From positions 1 through 53,695 of the forward strand of contig CAXXFV010000035.1 in NCBI GenBank assembly GCA_963674595.2: a stretch of 53,695 nt of DNA. The letters run 5' to 3'. Of the stretch, positions 10,249 to 19,839 are shown piece by piece (position 1 is the stretch's first letter; the number at the start of each line of letters is the position of its first letter). The notes below the pieces were generated by a model. That model searched no databases. It had not been told where the DNA came from and saw nothing but the letters and a program-made list of their open reading frames with translations. The translations under genes were made by a program, and so were the position numbers. This DNA is from a bacterium. Lineage in GTDB: Bacteria; Zhuqueibacterota; Zhuqueibacteria; Residuimicrobiales; Krinioviventaceae.

Positions 10249-11076
10249 TTACCATTTGCCCTGACGAATTATTTGTGATCCATCCTGATCATATATCCAG
10301 TATTGTCCATTCCCATCAGTACCCCATTGGGCATTAAAATGTAGAATAAATTTCTGGTCTTTTATTTTATAAAATTTCATCTCTCCGAAAAGGGATGCGT
10401 TTAATACAATATCTGCTCTTCCGGGAGTGTTTTCAGGAAGAGGTCAGTCAAGTTTAACCTTACTTAAATCATTGAGAACTACTGACATATTATAAGTTTC
10501 ATTAATATCACTTATCTCCCATTCCCAGACACAATTAAGCGCACGTTCATCCCAGATAAAACGTCTCATCATATATCCGGTTTTAAAATCTTTGGACGCT
10601 CCACTTTCAATGTACAGCACGTCATCAAAAACTTTTAATCCAATTACAGGGTCTTGAACCCTAGCATTTATATATGACTCCCAATAGTACTCGCTTTCAG
10701 TTTCACTAACCTTTAGTTGTACATTAACTGGTTCTTTATAAATTTCTATACCCCACCGATCAAAAGATACCTCCCAAGTGTTAAATCCCTCTTTGGGGAT
10801 TCTTTTAATATGTTCATTCATATACTCAAAATCGCTTGGCGGGAAATAGCACCACCTCGTATAATCCTCCAGGCTATTGGCCAGCTTAAAATAACCATGA
10901 ATAACCTGGGCCATGGAATCGGTTGAGGATTCTATTCCTTGTGGTATTAAAAGCGGTTGCCAATCATATTCCGGATATAATGAATTCATTTTTACTCCAG
11001 AATCGACAGGAGTTTCTTTTTCACAATGAATGAACAGAAAAAACAAACTGATAATTATTAAAACTTTTAAACGCAT
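10249..11076 (-). pseudogene. Lipoprotein array member 5 (type B) with an in-frame TGA at a conserved Trp
   Basis: The ORF stops at 10444-10446 (..KLD*), but the same frame continues PLPENTPGRADIVLN...QIIRQGKW* to TAA at 10249. Paralogs read 'DWPQPE' or 'DWPPPE' here. Total length is 828 nt, the same as 11111-11938. Confidence 0.8.
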
Positions 11077-12172
11077 AAATTCTTCCTTTTGAAAAGCTTG
11101 AAATTTTTCTTTACCAGGCTCCCTGATGAATTATTTGTGAGGCATCCGGATTATAAATCTGATATTCTCCTTTTCCCAAACTATCCCACTGGGCGGAAAA
11201 ATGAAAAATAAATTTATGATCTCCCAACATGTAATATTTCATTTCACCACTGCCGGATTTATGCTGTTTGATATCTGCCTTTCCGGGAAGAGTTTCAGGC
11301 TGCGGCCAATCGCTGTATTCTATGCTCATATCATTCAAAACAACTGACATTTCACGCGTTTCAAAATCATCACTCATTTCCCATTCCCAGGCACAATGGA
11401 ACTTGAATGGATCAAACAGACAAATTTTTCTCATGTATCCTGCACTAAAATCCTTTTTTGCACCGCTTTCGATATAGCTAAAATCCTCCACAAGCGGAAC
11501 AATTTTACCATTTACATAAAAAGTTATAACAGAATTCCAATAATACCATGATTCTTCATCCAGCACTTTTAGGGTTACGAATCCTGTCCCATCATATATT
11601 TCTAATCGTTGATCGACCCTAATCTTAGCAGTCCACATTTTATATTCCGGTAAATTCTTTCGTGTAATGGAAAAATAGGAATCATACATTACCTCATCGG
11701 GAGGCATATAAACCCATTTAATATTGTCCTCAATACTATTAGCCAATTTAAGATACCCATGTACCACCTGAGCCATGGAATCGGCGGAGGATTCTATTAC
11801 TTGTGGTATGAGAAGCGGTTGAAAATTATATTTCGGGTAAAAGGTGTCCATTTTTTCTACTGGTTCTACCGGGATTTCTTTTTCACAATGAATGAACAGA
11901 AAAAACAAACTGATAATTATTATAACTTTTAAACGCATAAATACTTCCTTTCGACAAGCTTAAAATTATCTTTACCAGGCTCCCTGATGTATAATTTGCG
12001 AGGCATCCGGATTATAAATCTGATATTGACCGTTTCCCAAGTTATCCCAGTGGGCAGAAAAATGAAAAATGAATTTTTGATCTCCTATTTTGTAAAATTT
12101 TATTTCACCGCTGCCGGATTTATTTTGTATTATATCTGCTCTTCCGGGAAGAATTTCAGGCTGCGGCCAATC
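11013..12172. repeat. Imperfect ~300-bp direct repeat (11013-11311 and 11875-12172) spanning gene junctions in the lipoprotein array
   Basis: Near-identical signal-peptide DNA ('tttcacaatgaatgaacagaaaaaacaaactgataattatta'), a similar intergenic spacer, and near-identical 3' ends ('ttaccaggctccctgatg', 'gaggcatccggattataaatctgatatt', 'tttcaggctgcggccaatc'). Offset is 861-862 bp. Confidence 0.8.
11111..11938 (-). CDS. Lipoprotein, CEKE-family array member 4 (type A)
   Basis: Lipobox FIHC-EKE, 'IESGAKKDFSAGYMRK', C-terminal HQGAW. Confidence 0.85.
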   Translation of the reverse strand: MRLKVIIIISLFFLFIHCEKEIPVEPVEKMDTFYPKYNFQPLLIPQVIESSADSMAQVVHGYLKLANSIEDNIKWVYMPPDEVMYDSYFSITRKNLPEYKMWTAKIRVDQRLEIYDGTGFVTLKVLDEESWYYWNSVITFYVNGKIVPLVEDFSYIESGAKKDFSAGYMRKICLFDPFKFHCAWEWEMSDDFETREMSVVLNDMSIEYSDWPQPETLPGKADIKQHKSGSGEMKYYMLGDHKFIFHFSAQWDSLGKGEYQIYNPDASQIIHQGAW

Positions 12173-12802
12173 CGGATCAACTTTGCTTAAATCGTTTAAA
12201 AGAACTGACATATTATGAATTTCGGATTCATCATCAAATTCCCATTCCCAGTCACAATCAAGCACATGATCATCCCAAATAAAACGTTTCATCATATATC
12301 CCGTTTTAAAATCTTTATTTACACCACATTCAATATATCTCACATTAAACCCCTTAACTTTACTAGAAGGTAAAGTAACCTTAAAAGATGTATATGACTC
12401 CCAAAGATATTCGGTTTTATTTTCACTAACCTTTAGATGAACCTCAACAGGCACATCATAAATTTCTATACCCTGCCGTTGAAAAGAGACTTGCCATGTA
12501 TTAAAGCCATCTTTTGTGGTGCTTTTAATATTTTTGCTAATATCTTCAAAATCACCTGGCGGGAAATAACAAAACCTTGTATAATCTTCAAGGCTATTAG
12601 CCAGCTTAAAATAACCATGAATAACCTGGGCCATAGAATCGGTTGAGGTTTCGATTCCTTGTGGTATGAAAAGCGGTTGAAAATGATAATCCGGGTAAAA
12701 CGTATTTATTTTAATTTCAGACTCGGCAGGAGTTTCCTTTTCACAATGTACAATAAAGAATCCTAAACTCAGGAAAAATAAAGCAAAATAAATTCGCATC
12801 AA
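11972..12802 (-). CDS. Lipoprotein, CEKE-family array member 3 (type B)
   Basis: Lipobox IVHC-EKE, 'LANSLEDYTRFCYFPP', C-terminal HQGAW. Confidence 0.85.
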   Translation of the reverse strand: MMRIYFALFFLSLGFFIVHCEKETPAESEIKINTFYPDYHFQPLFIPQGIETSTDSMAQVIHGYFKLANSLEDYTRFCYFPPGDFEDISKNIKSTTKDGFNTWQVSFQRQGIEIYDVPVEVHLKVSENKTEYLWESYTSFKVTLPSSKVKGFNVRYIECGVNKDFKTGYMMKRFIWDDHVLDCDWEWEFDDESEIHNMSVLLNDLSKVDPDWPQPEILPGRADIIQNKSGSGEIKFYKIGDQKFIFHFSAHWDNLGNGQYQIYNPDASQIIHQGAW

Positions 12803-12957
12803 ACATTCCCATTATATTTTGCGAGTAAAAAGCTTACTTTGTTATAAGCCTGGAGTAACAGACGAATGAAACAAAAGCTGAAAATTTACCGACGATTAAC
12901 AAAGATCAGGTAATTTTTTGATATCATCACCCACCAAAAATATAAATAAATTTTATA

Positions 12958-13776
12958 TCACCATTTTCCTTGCTTAATCACGGTGATATTTCCGTTTATA
13001 TCTTTACCATACAATGTATAACGCCCGCTGCCATTATACAACCAGGACGCATAAAAATCCTGTATAAAATCATAATTTTCTAAACGATAAAAAAACATAC
13101 TTCCATTAGCATAAGAATCTAAAACAATTTCTACTTTTCCAGGAGTTTTTGATATTAACTGCCAACCTGGATAAACATTATCTCCCAAATCATATATAAT
13201 GATATTTATTGTATATTTTCCCTTTTCCGTATCTATTTCCCATTCCCAATATCCTTCATACTTTGAAGAATGAAGATAACTTTTTATCATAAAACCTGAA
13301 GAAAAATCTTTTGTCGTACTTGACTCCAAATATGGGAAATCAACCGTTTTTTTAAAAGGACCCCAGGAAAAAGTAACCAAAGATAACCAAACATACCTTT
13401 CATTTTCGTTCGATACCTTTAAACGAATTCCTACTGGGTTGTTATGTATTTCAATTCCAAAAGTATTAAAATACAATTCCCATTGTTGAAAGCCGGTTTT
13501 ATTTGTTCTTATTATATCCCAAACATTATAATCCTCCGGCCGTGTATAGAATCGTTTATAATCCTGAACACTGTTTGCAAGGGTCAAATAGTGATTCACG
13601 ACCTGGGCCATGGAGTCAGAAGAAGAAGACAATCCTATAGGAACCATAATCGGTTCAAAATAAAATTCCGGATTAAACGAATCCATAGGTTCAATAGTTT
13701 GTAAAGGGCCTTTCTTATCACAACCTTGAAAAAACACATATCCGAAAAAAATTAAAAGAATGAGTCTGTTTTTCAT
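12958..13776 (-). CDS. Lipoprotein, CEKE-family array member 2 (type C)
   Basis: Lipobox FQGC-DKK, 'MDSFNPEF', 'RPEDYNVWDI', C-terminal KQGKW. Confidence 0.85.
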   Translation of the reverse strand: MKNRLILLIFFGYVFFQGCDKKGPLQTIEPMDSFNPEFYFEPIMVPIGLSSSSDSMAQVVNHYLTLANSVQDYKRFYTRPEDYNVWDIIRTNKTGFQQWELYFNTFGIEIHNNPVGIRLKVSNENERYVWLSLVTFSWGPFKKTVDFPYLESSTTKDFSSGFMIKSYLHSSKYEGYWEWEIDTEKGKYTINIIIYDLGDNVYPGWQLISKTPGKVEIVLDSYANGSMFFYRLENYDFIQDFYASWLYNGSGRYTLYGKDINGNITVIKQGKW

Positions 13777-13815
13777 CTTTTATCTTCCAATATTTTTTAT
13801 TTATATCCGGTATCG

Positions 13816-14622
13816 TTAATACCAAACGCCATTTTTATAAGGATCATCATAATAAAAATACCGGCCGGCACCATTGCTGGTCCAACTGGCAGACAATTCT
13901 TTTTCATATTGGTTTACTTTTACAAACCGGTTAAATATCAAATTTCCACTTCCAAACTCATCGATTACCATATCTATTTTTCCCGGTCGTTCAACAGTAA
14001 AATTACGTAAATAATTACAAATGATCGTCATTCTGAATTCCATCTGTTCAAGATCAACTTCCCATTCCCATATTGTCTCAACATCAAAATTATATTTATG
14101 GTTCAATATGGCTTTATAAAACATTCCGGACATTTGATCACGAGAAACCGAAATATTAATATAGGGATATTCCATAAAAATTGACTTGCCGGGTTCACTT
14201 CTAATTGTATTCATTTCATAAGTCACTTTAACCATCCAATTTGTCTGCAAATTGTCCCGATTAATAATCAAGTCAATCTTCCACAAACCATAGTTATATT
14301 TTGGTAAATCCGGAAAACTCTGCTCCCAGGAAAGGTCCCACTGTTGAAAGCCTGGCTTATTTGTTCTTTTTATATCCCAAACACTATAATCCTCCGGCCG
14401 GGAATACCATTGCCGGTAGTCATTCATGGTGTTTGCCAGTTGTAAATAGTGATGTACAACCTGGGCTATTGAATCTGACGAGCTTTTTAACCCGGAAGGT
14501 ATTGGTAACTCTTCAAACACAAATTCAGGATTAAAAGAGTCCATAGGATCAACGACTTGAAGCGGTTGTTCTTTTTCACAATAAAGAAACAACAAGCTAA
14601 AAAATATTATTAATTTTTTCAT
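13816..14622 (-). CDS. Lipoprotein, CEKE-family array member 1 (type C)
   Basis: Lipobox FLYC-EKE, 'MDSFNPEF', 'RPEDYSVWDI', C-terminal NGVWY. Confidence 0.85.
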   Translation of the reverse strand: MKKLIIFFSLLFLYCEKEQPLQVVDPMDSFNPEFVFEELPIPSGLKSSSDSIAQVVHHYLQLANTMNDYRQWYSRPEDYSVWDIKRTNKPGFQQWDLSWEQSFPDLPKYNYGLWKIDLIINRDNLQTNWMVKVTYEMNTIRSEPGKSIFMEYPYINISVSRDQMSGMFYKAILNHKYNFDVETIWEWEVDLEQMEFRMTIICNYLRNFTVERPGKIDMVIDEFGSGNLIFNRFVKVNQYEKELSASWTSNGAGRYFYYDDPYKNGVWY

Positions 14623-14652
14623 TGTTAGTCCTTTCCTTTATTGATAAAATTT

Positions 14653-14680
14653 GACGTATTTATAAAATTTTCATTTACAT
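14653..14680 (-). promoter_or_regulatory. Putative ECF-sigma promoter ATGTAAATG-N12-ATACGTC upstream of the lipoprotein array
   Basis: GACGTAT 14653-14659, 12 nt, CATTTACAT 14672-14680. About 30 nt upstream of ATG 14622. Second copy at 9322-9349. Confidence 0.65.
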
Positions 14681-14781
14681 CAAAAGTTCAGTCTTGAATG
14701 TTATATATAAAACACTTAAAATGTCATATAGAGAGATATATAAAAATTTTATATCAAACTTTATTACACATGGAGGGTATT

Positions 14782-15147
14782 ATGTTTAGCCGGTTAGACA
14801 TTCTTATTATTCATGTAGCTGACATTGAAAAATCAGCACATTTTTACAAAAACATCCTGAATTTAAAACAACTTAAAGATGAATCCGGTTGGAAAACCTT
14901 TGAAATGGATCACCAAATTTTAGCGCTCCAAACCTGGGATGCAGAAATTAAAGACGAAAGACCGGTGAAATATGGAATAACACTGGCATTTGACATTGAT
15001 GATGTGGACACAACGATTTTACAATTAAAAGCAAAAGGTGCCCATATTCTGGTTGAACCCAGGACAAAAGATTTTGGTCGTTTTGCAGAAATCGTGGACC
15101 CGGACGGATATATCATCATGTTGGTTACAACAACACCCAAAATCTAA
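14782..15147 (+). CDS. VOC (glyoxalase/bleomycin resistance) family protein
   Basis: 'IHVADIEKSAHFYKNILNL', 'LAFDIDDVD', 'FGRFAEIVDPDGY'. GGAGG precedes ATG 14782. Confidence 0.9.
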   Translation: MFSRLDILIIHVADIEKSAHFYKNILNLKQLKDESGWKTFEMDHQILALQTWDAEIKDERPVKYGITLAFDIDDVDTTILQLKAKGAHILVEPRTKDFGRFAEIVDPDGYIIMLVTTTPKI

Positions 15148-15170
15148 GTACAGAAAGAGAAACAAAGAAC

Positions 15171-16526
15171 GTGCAAAAAATTAGTAAAAGAGATTTAACA
15201 ACCGGAAGTATTGCCAAAAACCTGTGGTTTCTTGCCTTTCCTATGATGGCTACAAATGCTCTGCAGACACTTTTTAATATTGTTGATATGATCTTTGTCG
15301 GCCGGCTTGGACCGGCACCGATAGCAGCAGTAGCTGTTGTCGGTATGATTTTAATGATACCCTTTGCGTTTGCTTTGGGCCTGGGCGTCGCTTCAGGCGC
15401 TATGGTTTCACGTTATTATGGCGCTAAAGATTATCATAACTCGAATTATTTTGTTTTGCAGTCGATATTCACCGGTTTTGCAGGTGGTTTAATAATGATG
15501 GTTATTGGATATATGGGTGCACCCTATCTGATCAATTTATTCAAAGTCGACCAAACTGTACAAAATTTGGGAACGATATATCTTCAAATCATGTTTTTAG
15601 TATCCATACCCATTGTCCTTCAATTTTTAACATCAGCTATTTTTCAGGCTGTCGGTGATGCCAAAACCGCACTTTGGATAAATGTATGTGCTGTTTTTGT
15701 AAATATTATACTCGATCCTTTTTTAATATTCGGCATCGGACCCTTTCCTCGCCTTGAAGTCGCCGGGGCCGCCATTGCAACAGCCATTGCCCGTTCTATG
15801 GGAATGATAATTGCCCTATTATTTTTAACAAGGAAAAAAACACACATTCAGATAAAACTGTCACATTTCAGGATCGATACAGAAGCTATCAAAAGACTGT
15901 TAAAAATAGCAATGCCCAGTTCCTTACAAATGGTAATTCGTGGATCTTCCGGCATTGTTTTGATGGGAATTGTGGCCAAATACGGGACCTTTGCACTCGC
16001 GGCCTACGGCATTGGAATACGAATAGATATGCTGGTAATGATGCCCGGTTTTGGACTGGGCGCCGCCACAGCCACCCTTGTCGGTCAGAATATCGGTGCC
16101 CAAAAACTGAAACGCGCTGTAAAAAGCACCTGGTTATCTGCCTTTTATTATGTATTAATCATGTGTATTGCAGGAGTGCTTTTTTATAATTTCCCGCATT
16201 TTATTTATTCATTTTTTAATAAAACTGAACATGTTTTATTAAATGGAAAAATATATCTTGAAACAATTGTATTTTCATATCCATTTATAGCTTTGGGCAT
16301 AATTTTCACCAGAGCATTAGGAGGAGCAGGAGAAACCATTTCCACGATGTTGGTAACAGCTTTTTCGCTCTTTTGTGTCGCTGTTCCATTGGCTTTTGTA
16401 TTTCCACACCTATTTAATACAGGTGTACGAGGTATATGGTATGCTCTAGTTGTTTCAAACATCATCCACGCATTAATTGTAGGATATTTATTTTTACACG
16501 GCAAATGGAAAATAAAAAAAATTTAA
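15171..16526 (+). CDS. MATE family efflux transporter
   Basis: 451-aa hydrophobic protein with 'DMIFVGRLG', 'NIILDPFLIFG', 'GAAIATAIA' and 'VGQNIGA'. Confidence 0.93.
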   Translation: MQKISKRDLTTGSIAKNLWFLAFPMMATNALQTLFNIVDMIFVGRLGPAPIAAVAVVGMILMIPFAFALGLGVASGAMVSRYYGAKDYHNSNYFVLQSIFTGFAGGLIMMVIGYMGAPYLINLFKVDQTVQNLGTIYLQIMFLVSIPIVLQFLTSAIFQAVGDAKTALWINVCAVFVNIILDPFLIFGIGPFPRLEVAGAAIATAIARSMGMIIALLFLTRKKTHIQIKLSHFRIDTEAIKRLLKIAMPSSLQMVIRGSSGIVLMGIVAKYGTFALAAYGIGIRIDMLVMMPGFGLGAATATLVGQNIGAQKLKRAVKSTWLSAFYYVLIMCIAGVLFYNFPHFIYSFFNKTEHVLLNGKIYLETIVFSYPFIALGIIFTRALGGAGETISTMLVTAFSLFCVAVPLAFVFPHLFNTGVRGIWYALVVSNIIHALIVGYLFLHGKWKIKKI

Positions 16527-16598
16527 TCCTTGAATTAAAATAAACAATCTGTATCTTTTTCAATAAATCTTTTGGGGAAATTTAAAACAGGAGAAAAA

Positions 16599-17504
16599 AT
16601 GTCAACAACAGCAAAACAACTCACACTCATTGCTGAGGAAATTGTTGCAACGTATGATAAATTTGGCGGAATAAACAGAATTGACGGTAAAAACCTGCCG
16701 ACACTTGAACATGTTGTAGAACTTTTGGATGATTTTATGCAGATATTGTTCCCCGGATATTTTGGTAAAAGAGTACCGGCGCGATCAAACCTCTTATTTT
16801 TTATTCAAAGTGCCATCGATTCTTTATTTTTACGCTGTAGCGATGAATTTGAAAGAGCCATCAAATTTGAATGCAATATTGAAGAGTGTTTGGAACAAAG
16901 CTGTCATAAATTAGCGGAAACAAGGGCACTTGAACTCATAGGTAAAATTTCGGATATTCGCTCTGCTCTTAAACTGGACATTAAAGCTGGTGATGAAGGA
17001 GACCCGGCGGCAAAAGGTCCTGAAGAGATCATATTATGCTATCCTTTTGTATATGCCATATCTGTCCACCGGATTGCGCACGAAATATATAAAATGAATA
17101 TTCCCCTTATTCCGAGAATGATGTCCGAATGGGTACACCGGAGAACCGGTATTGATATTCATCCGGGCGCAAAAATCGGAAAAAGGTTTTTTATTGATCA
17201 TGGGACCGGTGTTGTTATTGGTGAAACATGCGAAATAGGTGACGATGTAAAACTCTATCAAGGTGTAACATTAGGAGCGCTTAGTTTTCCGAAAAATGAG
17301 GACGGTACGGTTGTTAAAGGCGGAAAACGTCATCCGACTATTAAAGACCGGGTTACAGTTTATTCAGGTGCCACAATTTTAGGTGGTGAAACTGTTATTG
17401 GAGAAAACAGCACAATCGGCGCCAATACATGGCTCACATCATCAGTCCCGCCGGGGTCCATGGTTACATTTAAAGAACAACAACAAATTCGTCCCAAAAA
17501 ATAA
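16599..17504 (+). CDS. cysE: Serine O-acetyltransferase (CysE/EpsC type)
   Basis: 'GDPAA', '[12 protein letters not shown]...[14 protein letters not shown]', 'LYQGVTLGA', 'KRHPTI'. AGGAG precedes ATG 16599. Confidence 0.93.
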   Translation: MSTTAKQLTLIAEEIVATYDKFGGINRIDGKNLPTLEHVVELLDDFMQILFPGYFGKRVPARSNLLFFIQSAIDSLFLRCSDEFERAIKFECNIEECLEQSCHKLAETRALELIGKISDIRSALKLDIKAGDEGDPAAKGPEEIILCYPFVYAISVHRIAHEIYKMNIPLIPRMMSEWVHRRTGIDIHPGAKIGKRFFIDHGTGVVIGETCEIGDDVKLYQGVTLGALSFPKNEDGTVVKGGKRHPTIKDRVTVYSGATILGGETVIGENSTIGANTWLTSSVPPGSMVTFKEQQQIRPKK

Positions 17505-17533
17505 ACGGGCGCTTTATAATAGCGCCCTCGTTT
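17503..17533. terminator. Probable bidirectional intrinsic terminator between the convergent cysE and GH20 genes
   Basis: Imperfect inverted repeat aaacgggcgct-ttataat-agcgccc(t)cgttt. Confidence 0.6.
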
Positions 17534-17538
17534 AAACA

Positions 17539-19743
17539 TTATTTATGCCAGGTTTTTGTATTCGATCTGGAAATATTATATTTATACCTGGTTTTTATAT
17601 CTTTTAACTCTAAAAGGTATTTATCCATACCAATTAATTTTTCATTCCAAAACAAATAATCATAGTTTGCCGACATTTCAGCCAGATGCAACCGAAACGG
17701 GTCAACATAATAATCCATCGGACGGCCCAGATCAGAGCGGTCTCTCGGGTAACAATTTTCCTCCCACACTTTTTCCAAATAGGTCCTTGTATTTTTATAC
17801 ATATCAACAAGTCCGGCCATACTTTGCGCTGCTTCATTCAATATTTTTAATGCGTCCACAGAGTTTCCCTGGTCCGCAAATTGACTGGCTTTAATAAATG
17901 CTTCTCCCAAACGATAACGGGTTTTTAAAAACTGCATATTGTATTTCATAACACGGGCAACGGAAAGCAATACACGCAGGTTCAGCTTATTTTGCACCGA
18001 GTCATTTTCCAAATTTTTCAACAAAATATTTTCACATTGCTGATATTGATTAAACAAACCTTGTGCTGCTGCAAAAAGGCCATATTCTATGGTTCCGGCA
18101 GAGGTAAAGGCAGACCAATCAGGATCAAAGTATAAATACTCATTCGGCAATACCGGAAATCTCAACGGACTGTTTTTTGAACTTCTTTTCCAAAACAAAC
18201 GCCCGCGACTGTTTTGCCAAAACTCACCACCCTGGGACAATATGTTATAAACAGTCATCAAATCATCAGAGGCTTTTCCATAAAAATTGTCCATAAATTT
18301 AAAACGAAATTCATCAAGGCCCGGCTTGGCTCCGCTCCAGCTATATTCAGCAAAAGCAGCGAATCCGTACCAAAACGTTTCAAAATTCAGACCCGAATCA
18401 TCCCAGGCCGTGCACAAAGCGCCAACAGCACCTTTATGAAATCCGGCAGGCGTATAACAGGCAATATTTTCCAATCTTTTCTCATAATCCGGGAAAAGTG
18501 GTGTTGTGCACTGGGTTGCCGGCGCCACCATACATTTATATCCTTTATCAAACAAGGCTGTTTTTTCAATATGGTCCGCCCCATAATTCCAGCGCATATA
18601 AACGACATTTTCAGGTAATTTTTGTAAATATTTTTCATCAAACTTTTGCACCATATCATCCCAAATAATTACAGTTAAACCCTTTTTCTGCAAATACTCG
18701 GCTGTTTTTTTCAACCATATTAAATAGACACCCTCACGTCCGATTTTTTCCGCTTTTTTCTGACAATCCGGACATGTTGCCAAGTCATAAGATTCATCAC
18801 CACCGATATGGAAATATTTTTTTGTGCCTGTGGCTTCAATAGCCTCGTCGTAAAGGTCAAACAACACATCAAAACTTTTATCTTTTAACGGACAAAACTG
18901 CCAGGTACTCTCTGGTAATTCACGCAATGCCGCATATTGCGGATGTTTTAAAATATATCTAACATGACCGAGTCCCTGCACAAGCGGAATAAAATCTATA
19001 TAATTTTTTCTCGCTGTCAGAGCCAGTTCCTGTATTTGATATTTTGTAAACGCACCGGGAGCGCTAACAGCAGGATGTTTCTGGTATTCCAGCTTGTCTT
19101 CAATTTCAAAAACAATTGCATTAATTTTATATTTTGCCAATCTCGGTATCATATCCATATAATACTCAAAACGGTCCTGGTGGTGTTTAGTATCGATATG
19201 AATAGCCCGCCATCCCAGGTCAGGTGAATCTTTAATCGTCAATAATGGTACTGAACCGTCTTGTTTCACAAGCTGTAAAAGGGTTTGTACGCCATAAAAA
19301 AGGCCGGGATTTCCACTTGCCTGGACGATAATTTTCTTTTTATCAATCTCCAGTTGATAACATTCCTCACTGTAAAAATTATATTCCTTGTCTTTGGTAA
19401 TTTGCAGTTCAATTTCCCGTATTCCTTTTTTATCATCAGTTTGTACCAGATTCATTTCCAGTACATCGCGAATAAAAGGATCAATATTCAACTCCATATT
19501 AATCCTGACACCAAGACCGATTTTTCCATATTCGCCGGAAAAAATGCACTCTCTGGGTTCAGGGATAAGATTAATACCGCTTTGCCTTAGCAAACCGTCT
19601 TCTTTTGAAATAGCCTCAGAAGAAGGTATAAATAAACTGAGTAAAACGATGATAACCAGACTTGTAAAGAACAGGTAAAAAAGAGGTTCAACCGGATAGA
19701 TATTTTTAAAAAACTTCACGAAACACACTCCTGTAACAACCAA
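17539..19743 (-). CDS. Glycoside hydrolase family 20 (beta-N-acetylhexosaminidase-like); start uncertain
   Basis: GH20 domain-2 motifs 'LIPEPR', 'EECYQLEI' and 'GLFYGVQTLLQL'. 'IKDSPDLGWRAIHID'. Catalytic 'FHIGGDE'. Confidence 0.88.
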   Translation of the reverse strand: MVVTGVCFVKFFKNIYPVEPLFYLFFTSLVIIVLLSLFIPSSEAISKEDGLLRQSGINLIPEPRECIFSGEYGKIGLGVRINMELNIDPFIRDVLEMNLVQTDDKKGIREIELQITKDKEYNFYSEECYQLEIDKKKIIVQASGNPGLFYGVQTLLQLVKQDGSVPLLTIKDSPDLGWRAIHIDTKHHQDRFEYYMDMIPRLAKYKINAIVFEIEDKLEYQKHPAVSAPGAFTKYQIQELALTARKNYIDFIPLVQGLGHVRYILKHPQYAALRELPESTWQFCPLKDKSFDVLFDLYDEAIEATGTKKYFHIGGDESYDLATCPDCQKKAEKIGREGVYLIWLKKTAEYLQKKGLTVIIWDDMVQKFDEKYLQKLPENVVYMRWNYGADHIEKTALFDKGYKCMVAPATQCTTPLFPDYEKRLENIACYTPAGFHKGAVGALCTAWDDSGLNFETFWYGFAAFAEYSWSGAKPGLDEFRFKFMDNFYGKASDDLMTVYNILSQGGEFWQNSRGRLFWKRSSKNSPLRFPVLPNEYLYFDPDWSAFTSAGTIEYGLFAAAQGLFNQYQQCENILLKNLENDSVQNKLNLRVLLSVARVMKYNMQFLKTRYRLGEAFIKASQFADQGNSVDALKILNEAAQSMAGLVDMYKNTRTYLEKVWEENCYPRDRSDLGRPMDYYVDPFRLHLAEMSANYDYLFWNEKLIGMDKYLLELKDIKTRYKYNISRSNTKTWHK

Positions 19744-19839
19744 AATTAAAATTGATTTTTAATATAAATGATTAATTTTTATTTGGAAAGTAAAATAGTT
19801 TTTTTTATTTTCATTGCAACTAAAAGGGTAATTCATTAA

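Noticed and set aside
10444-10446. Alternative genetic code (TGA = Trp) or selenocysteine
   Set aside because: TGA terminates genes at expected C-termini elsewhere (12958, 25185, 32669, 34996, 52906), and the aligned residue is Trp, not Cys.
12861-12890. Third copy of the ECF-like motif upstream of 12802
   Set aside because: The GACG to TTTAC offset is 24 nt rather than 21, and the flanking bases do not match.
9357-14622. Integron cassette array or CRISPR-like repeats
   Set aside because: Spacers are short and AT-rich with no attC-like palindromes or regular short repeats, there is no integrase or cas gene, and the genes are paralogs of one family.
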